Source: Rebecca billardiae RCC1528 (taxonomy: Eukaryota > Protista > Haptophyta). From it: a stretch of 64,000 bases of DNA. Both the position numbers and the translations under genes were made by a program. Position 1 is the first letter of the stretch; every line of letters starts with the position of its first letter. Below, piece after piece: positions 59,353 to 64,000 of this stretch. The stretch is from positions 310,001 through 374,000 of the forward strand of contig OZ251234.1 in NCBI GenBank assembly GCA_965240325.2, read 5' to 3'. The notes under the pieces are model-generated. The model saw nothing but the letters and a program-made list of their open reading frames with translations, was not told where the DNA came from and did no database searches.

Positions 59353-60090
59353 GATCGTACACGACGAGCTTGGCAGCGCCGGGGATGGCCAGCACAGCGT
59401 GCAGCTGAGCTCGCGTGCAGTCATGCGCCTCGTCGAGCAGCACCAGATCGAAGCGCGTGTCGCGTTTGGCGTAGTCGAGTTGGTACAGCTTGAAGAGCAC
59501 AGCATGCGTCCATGCGGCATGTGAGCTGGGGTCCGCCTGGCGCTCCCACACGCGGCGCGCCGAGGCAAGAACAGCGCCGCGGCACCGGGCAAGCGCGGGC
59601 AGGTGCGCGTCGCAGAGGTGCGCGTCGGCCGATGATAGAAACGCACGCAGCGTCGCGCGCACGTCCGTCAAGCTGTCGTCGTCCGGCGCGTCACACGGAA
59701 GCACAGCCACCTGGTCGGCGATGTGGCCGCCGTGCAGGGCATGCGTCGCCTCGAAAGCCAGAGCGTCGAGCGTGCACACGCGCACGTGCGCCATCGCGGA
59801 GCACAGCTCAGCCTGCTCCGCTGCCGCGCTGCGATTGAACGTCACGAGAACGGTGCGCAGGTGCGGTCGCGCCGCAGCGAACGCGCGCAGCGCGTGTGAC
59901 TTGCCGGCACCTGCAACGGCGAGAATCTTCATCACATCACCGCGCTGCAGGGCGGTGTGCACGATAGCATCGAGGCTGCCGGGTGGATCGTGGCGAACGA
60001 GAGCATGCAGCAGCACGCTCGACGTCGGGCGTGCGAGCGGAGCGGCAGCTAATCGGCGTCGGCGCGGGCGCGCCGGCCCGGGCGCCATGC
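59353..60090 (-). pseudogene. Truncated SF1A (UvrD/FBH1-like) helicase, N-terminal ATPase half only
   Basis: ILAVAGAGKS (Walker A), VLVTFNRSAA, CTLDALAF, FDLVLLDEAHD (Walker B), KLVVYDP; homology stops at the repeat at 59352. Confidence 0.8.
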
Positions 60091-60242
60091 AGTAGCCTGC
60101 GGTTGGCGCGTTCAGCTGAGCCAAATCGAAGCGGCGGGCGTGAAGGTCGGTGGGTTCCGGAGGTGGTTCCCCCACGTCGCGATGAGCACGCTCGCCACCG
60201 GACTTTGCCGAGGTTGTCAGAGTTGCCGAGGTTGTCGACGTT

Positions 60243-61295
60243 GGAGGCCACTCGAGCGACTTCGTGTCTGGCGAGGCAGATCGCGCCAGTGCGTGGCGAG
60301 GCAGACGCTCGCCTGCCTCGCCGCTTGGCGAGGCAGCTAAGCTAGTAAAGCCGCGGCCGAACTTTACGAAAGCCAAATGTCTGCCGGTGCGCCGCCCGTC
60401 TTTTGCGCACGGTGACAAGGGCGCGCGAGGGCGCTTCCTCACGATCCCGAAGAGCGCTGCGCGCGGCGTCGCGTTGGCGGCGGCAGCGGCGCTGGGGTGT
60501 ATCTTGCCCATTCTGCGTGGCGGCGCGCTCTCATGACGCCTCGGCCGCCGCCACGCCATGCGCGACCGGGCGTGTCGCCTTCTTGACGGGCAGTGCACAC
60601 GCCCTTGCAAGCGCACAGCCGTGAAGAGCCGAGAGCGTCCGTCGCGAGCACGCCGCCCACGTGGGATGCGTTATGTCGTCACCGAAGCCACCTTGCGCAT
60701 GCGCTTCGCCGAGTTCGCCATGCGTTCAGAGCAGTCAAGATCACTGAACGAGAGGATGTCATCGGCTGAAATGCAGGTTAGCAGTGCTCATCATAGCTAC
60801 CCATGGTCATCCTGGCTCGCACATGCCAGAGCGCGAGCACCCAGTGTCATACGAATAGCCCTGGCAACGCATCCCGCGTGGGCGGCGTGCTCGCGACGGA
60901 CGCTCTCGGCTCTTCACGGCTGTGCGCTTGCAAGGGCGTGTGCACTGCCCGTCAAGAAGGCGACACGCCCGGTCGCGCATGGCGTGGCGGCGGCCGAGGC
61001 GTCATGAGAGCGCGCCGCCACGCAGAATGGGCAAGATACACCCCAGCGCCGCTGCCGCCGCCAACGCGACGCCGCGCACAGCGCTCTTCGGGATCGTGAG
61101 GAAGCGCCCTCGCGCGCCCTTGTCACCGTGCGCAAAAGACGGGCGGCGCACCGGCAGACATTTGGCTTTCGTAAAGTTCGGCCGCGGCTTTACTAGCTTA
61201 GCTGCCTCGCCAAGCGGCGAGGCAGGCGAGCGTCTGCCTCGCCACGCACTGGCGCGATCTGCCTCGCCAGACACGAAGTCGCTCGAGCGGCCTCC
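60243..61295. repeat. Long inverted repeat: 430-bp arms (60243-60672, 60866-61295), 193-bp spacer
   Basis: The arms are reverse complements with about three mismatches seen; mirror ORFs appear in the track (60922+ vs 60616-). Confidence 0.95.
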
Positions 61296-62842
61296 GTTGG
61301 CGAAAACGTACAGGGGGGGCCAGATGAAGTTTCCCACTTCGGAAGGGAAGCCATGGCGGGCGTGAATGCCCGTCCCAACGCGATCTAAGGCCCCAGCGCC
61401 ACGGCCCGGTCACTGGGGCGTGGCGTAGGCAGGTCGGCGTCGCCGTACGAGCGCGTGTGCGTGAGTGACAGCTTCCCTTCCGACTTTTCGACCACTCTCA
61501 CGTCCACGTCCACGACCCCGTACGACCGGCGCGCCGGTGAGGTTGCGCATGAGAAGGATGGGCAGGTAGCGGCCAGGATCACCGTTCTGACGGTCATACT
61601 GCCCTCTGGAGCATGCATTGCGACGGTGCATGCCTGGCAATGGTCCATCTGACCCTACAAGCCGTGGATCGGACGAGCAAGGTTGGCTGCGCGGTAGTCG
61701 TGCGACCGCCGTCCGACACGGCTGCCGTGCGAATACGTTTAGCGTGTGCGCGCCTGTCAACGGCAGGGTGATCAACGACCGGCATGGCTAGCAAGCTGAT
61801 CAGGACTAGTAACAACCTTGTCTGGGACCACGCCACGCCATTTGGCGACCTCGCCACCGCTCAATGCCCGTCCAGAGGCACGGACGTGCCGCACTACCTG
61901 GCCAGCCACCGCCAAAGTGGGGCCCACCATCTGGACCCCCCTGTAGCAACCGACCCATCCGACCTCAAAGGTATTTACTCGGCACATGCAAGAAGACACC
62001 GCCACGAACAGACCGGCACAGGCAGGTGAGGGGCGCGTTGCCGCCGCACCGCTGGCATCGAGGCGGCCATTGCAGCAAGCGGCCGCCCCGCGCTCGGAGG
62101 CACGCGCTCACACTTCACAGTAATATTTTCTCCCGCCAGCGTATACGCGCCCGCAGTCGGAGCACAGGATCGCGAGCCGAGCGGGTGATGCTGTCTCATC
62201 GTCAAGTGTCTGTTTCGGCACTCGGCGTGAGTGAGAGACCGTGTGCCGCAAGCACTCGAGGCGTGATTCAGGGCATCGCCACTATATGACGATGCTGCTG
62301 ATCTCGAGATCAGTGTTACACCCGACTCTGCACTACGCTAAGTACGCTTGCGCCCGACCCGCGGACCGCGCGGTGACAACGACTACAGATATAGTTCGTC
62401 GTGATCATTTGTCATCACATCCGAAGGTGCTGCTGGACGCTGGCGTCGTACTCTATTGTAAGCGCCGAGTGCCCGATGTCAGGGGGCAGGGCGCGTCCGC
62501 GACGAGCGCCCGAGGCCGCCTGGAGGGCGCCATCCGCCGGACGGCAGCCGATTGTTTGTTGCGGACTCGCGGAGTGACAGAGGCTGCGGCTCATCCGCGC
62601 CGAAGAGCTCTGGCTCACGACTCTGCGGTCACACGGTCACGGCTGGCACGGTCTGCGGCGGTGTGATGTATTAATCGGGCGGGCCGTACTCTCACGGCAC
62701 GAAAGCTAGACTGCCCGCCCCGTAGTACTGCAATAATAATACTCGGCCTGGGGCGATCACCTCACTGCTCAGGGGCCGTTGCGCCAGCTTGACAACTGAA
62801 CACGGCCGTTCCCAGTCTCATTCTTCAGATCTCGCTTTTCAA

Positions 62843-62848
<6 letters not shown>

Positions 62849-62898
<50 letters not shown>
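62849..62898. repeat. (TA)25 microsatellite
   Basis: Direct reading. Confidence 0.97.
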
Positions 62899-62901
<3 letters not shown>

Positions 62902-62934
62902 CGCGCCCTAGTATTATAACTACCCCATTGTGAC

Positions 62935-63290
62935 CAAGGGGGTTATTCACTATCTAGGGGGGAGAAAGCATGCAGCGGGACCGCATGATCAGGTGCGCCG
63001 CAGCGCCGTCCCGCTCTGTCTCGGGAAGCGAGCGTCCGGTGTTCCGTCCCATACTCCCATACTTAAAGCGACGAACACGTTTTGCTCGTCGTCGTTTGAC
63101 GTTTTGACGATGACGAAATATTTTGCTCCCGGACCGATGGATTTACATGGGAAAACACCGCCGGACACTCTCGCTTCCCGAGACGGGACGGGATGGCGCA
63201 CCTGAATCCTGATGGTCCCGCCGGACTGGCCGGAGCCCCCGCTGTGCTTTCTCCCCCCTTGCGGGGCCTTGATTGAATGAACCCCCTTGT
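62935..63290. mobile_element. Degenerate foldback/MITE-like element with ~130-bp imperfect arms
   Basis: aggggggagaaagca / tgctttctcccccct; caggtgcgcc..gtctcgggaagcgag / ctcgcttcccgagac..ggcgcacctg; caagggggttattca / tgaatgaacccccttg. Confidence 0.65.
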
Positions 63291-64000
63291 TGTGACTACC
63301 GCCGTTAATTCTGTATGCATCAATTTACCCACCAGGCACTGGGTCCAAGGATCCCGGCTGGGACTGGGAGTCTTGCGGGTCCGTTCGGGCGTTTACGAAT
63401 CCGCAGCAGTGGCGCCGACTCTGACTGGCGGAGGCCAGTACGCTCCGCTGCTCCGACTGACACTAGCCATACTAGTGATGCTGCTAGTGCTAGTGACGCA
63501 GCTGCTGCCGGCTTTTTTATTGCCGCCGGTATAGCCTATAGGTACTAGGCTTCGTCCACAGACCGGTCCGGTCCATCACTCGCCTGACACTGGCATCCCG
63601 TACCGCCGTACGTGCCGCGCGGCCACGTACGGGATGCCGAGCGGCGTGACGATGTGCAGGAGGAAGAACTCGAGGCCATCCTGCCTTTGCCGCTGCCTTT
63701 GCCGGCGGTCCCACGGCCGGCACGGCGCCATGCTGACGATGTCGATCCGGTAGGAGACATACCGTCCGTATCAGCTCAGGACAAAAAGGCAGCGGCTTTT
63801 GGTATCAGCAGCAGTTGGCAGATGGCCCGGAGGCACCTTAATTACCCGCACTGGCCTATATTGGGTTTATACGCGGTCAATCGGGCGGGCCACAAAGGGT
63901 CCTCGATTTCTGGTTGAGCCTGATGAGAACCAATAGCAATGCGGCAGAGCAGACGGTCCACCGCTCCAAAGGTGCCAAGGTAACGGACATGCGGGTACGC

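Noticed and set aside
59285-60616. 443-aa ORF as an intact helicase or Helitron RepHel
   Set aside because: It lacks the C-terminal helicase motifs and any HUH domain, both ends derive from repeats, and the motifs are UvrD-like rather than Pif1-like.
61385-62670. Short ORFs with a possible CxxC motif (LCSDCGRVY) on the minus strand
   Set aside because: No consistent frame, codon bias or splice model could be built by eye.
1-64000. tRNA, rRNA or telomeric repeats
   Set aside because: None recognised by inspection; tRNAscan-SE or Infernal would be needed to exclude small ncRNAs.

Overview
Very GC-rich eukaryotic (algal) DNA with short GC-rich GT-AG introns of about 90-210 bp. Gene content and intron style suggest a haptophyte, possibly Pavlovales; this is an inference. 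Most ORFs in the supplied track are antisense or off-frame shadows. 1-23.3 kb holds two minus-strand cell-surface genes. The first is an RCC1-propeller / duplicated-domain / extensin gene that runs off the left edge. The second is a 5311-aa intronless multi-pass membrane protein with poly-Asp/RRL, VWD, Ser-Pro stalks, ephrin-receptor-like Cys repeats, a TRP-like membrane domain and a repetitive tail. 24-53 kb holds housekeeping genes, often in tight head-to-head pairs: MgtC-like, DUF4336, GT32, F-box/Kelch, threonine dehydratase, methyltransferase, Deg protease, ATCase, SYS1, class-V PLP lyase, DUF1338, SufS and a cytochrome b5-ascorbate peroxidase fusion with a PTS2-like signal. Two elements in this region share rolling-circle (Helentron-like) ends but have different interiors. 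55-64 kb is repeat-rich: a damaged homeobox gene, MITEs, an orphan gene, a truncated UvrD/FBH1-like helicase and a 430-bp near-perfect inverted repeat. Coordinates were read by eye and may be off by a few bases.
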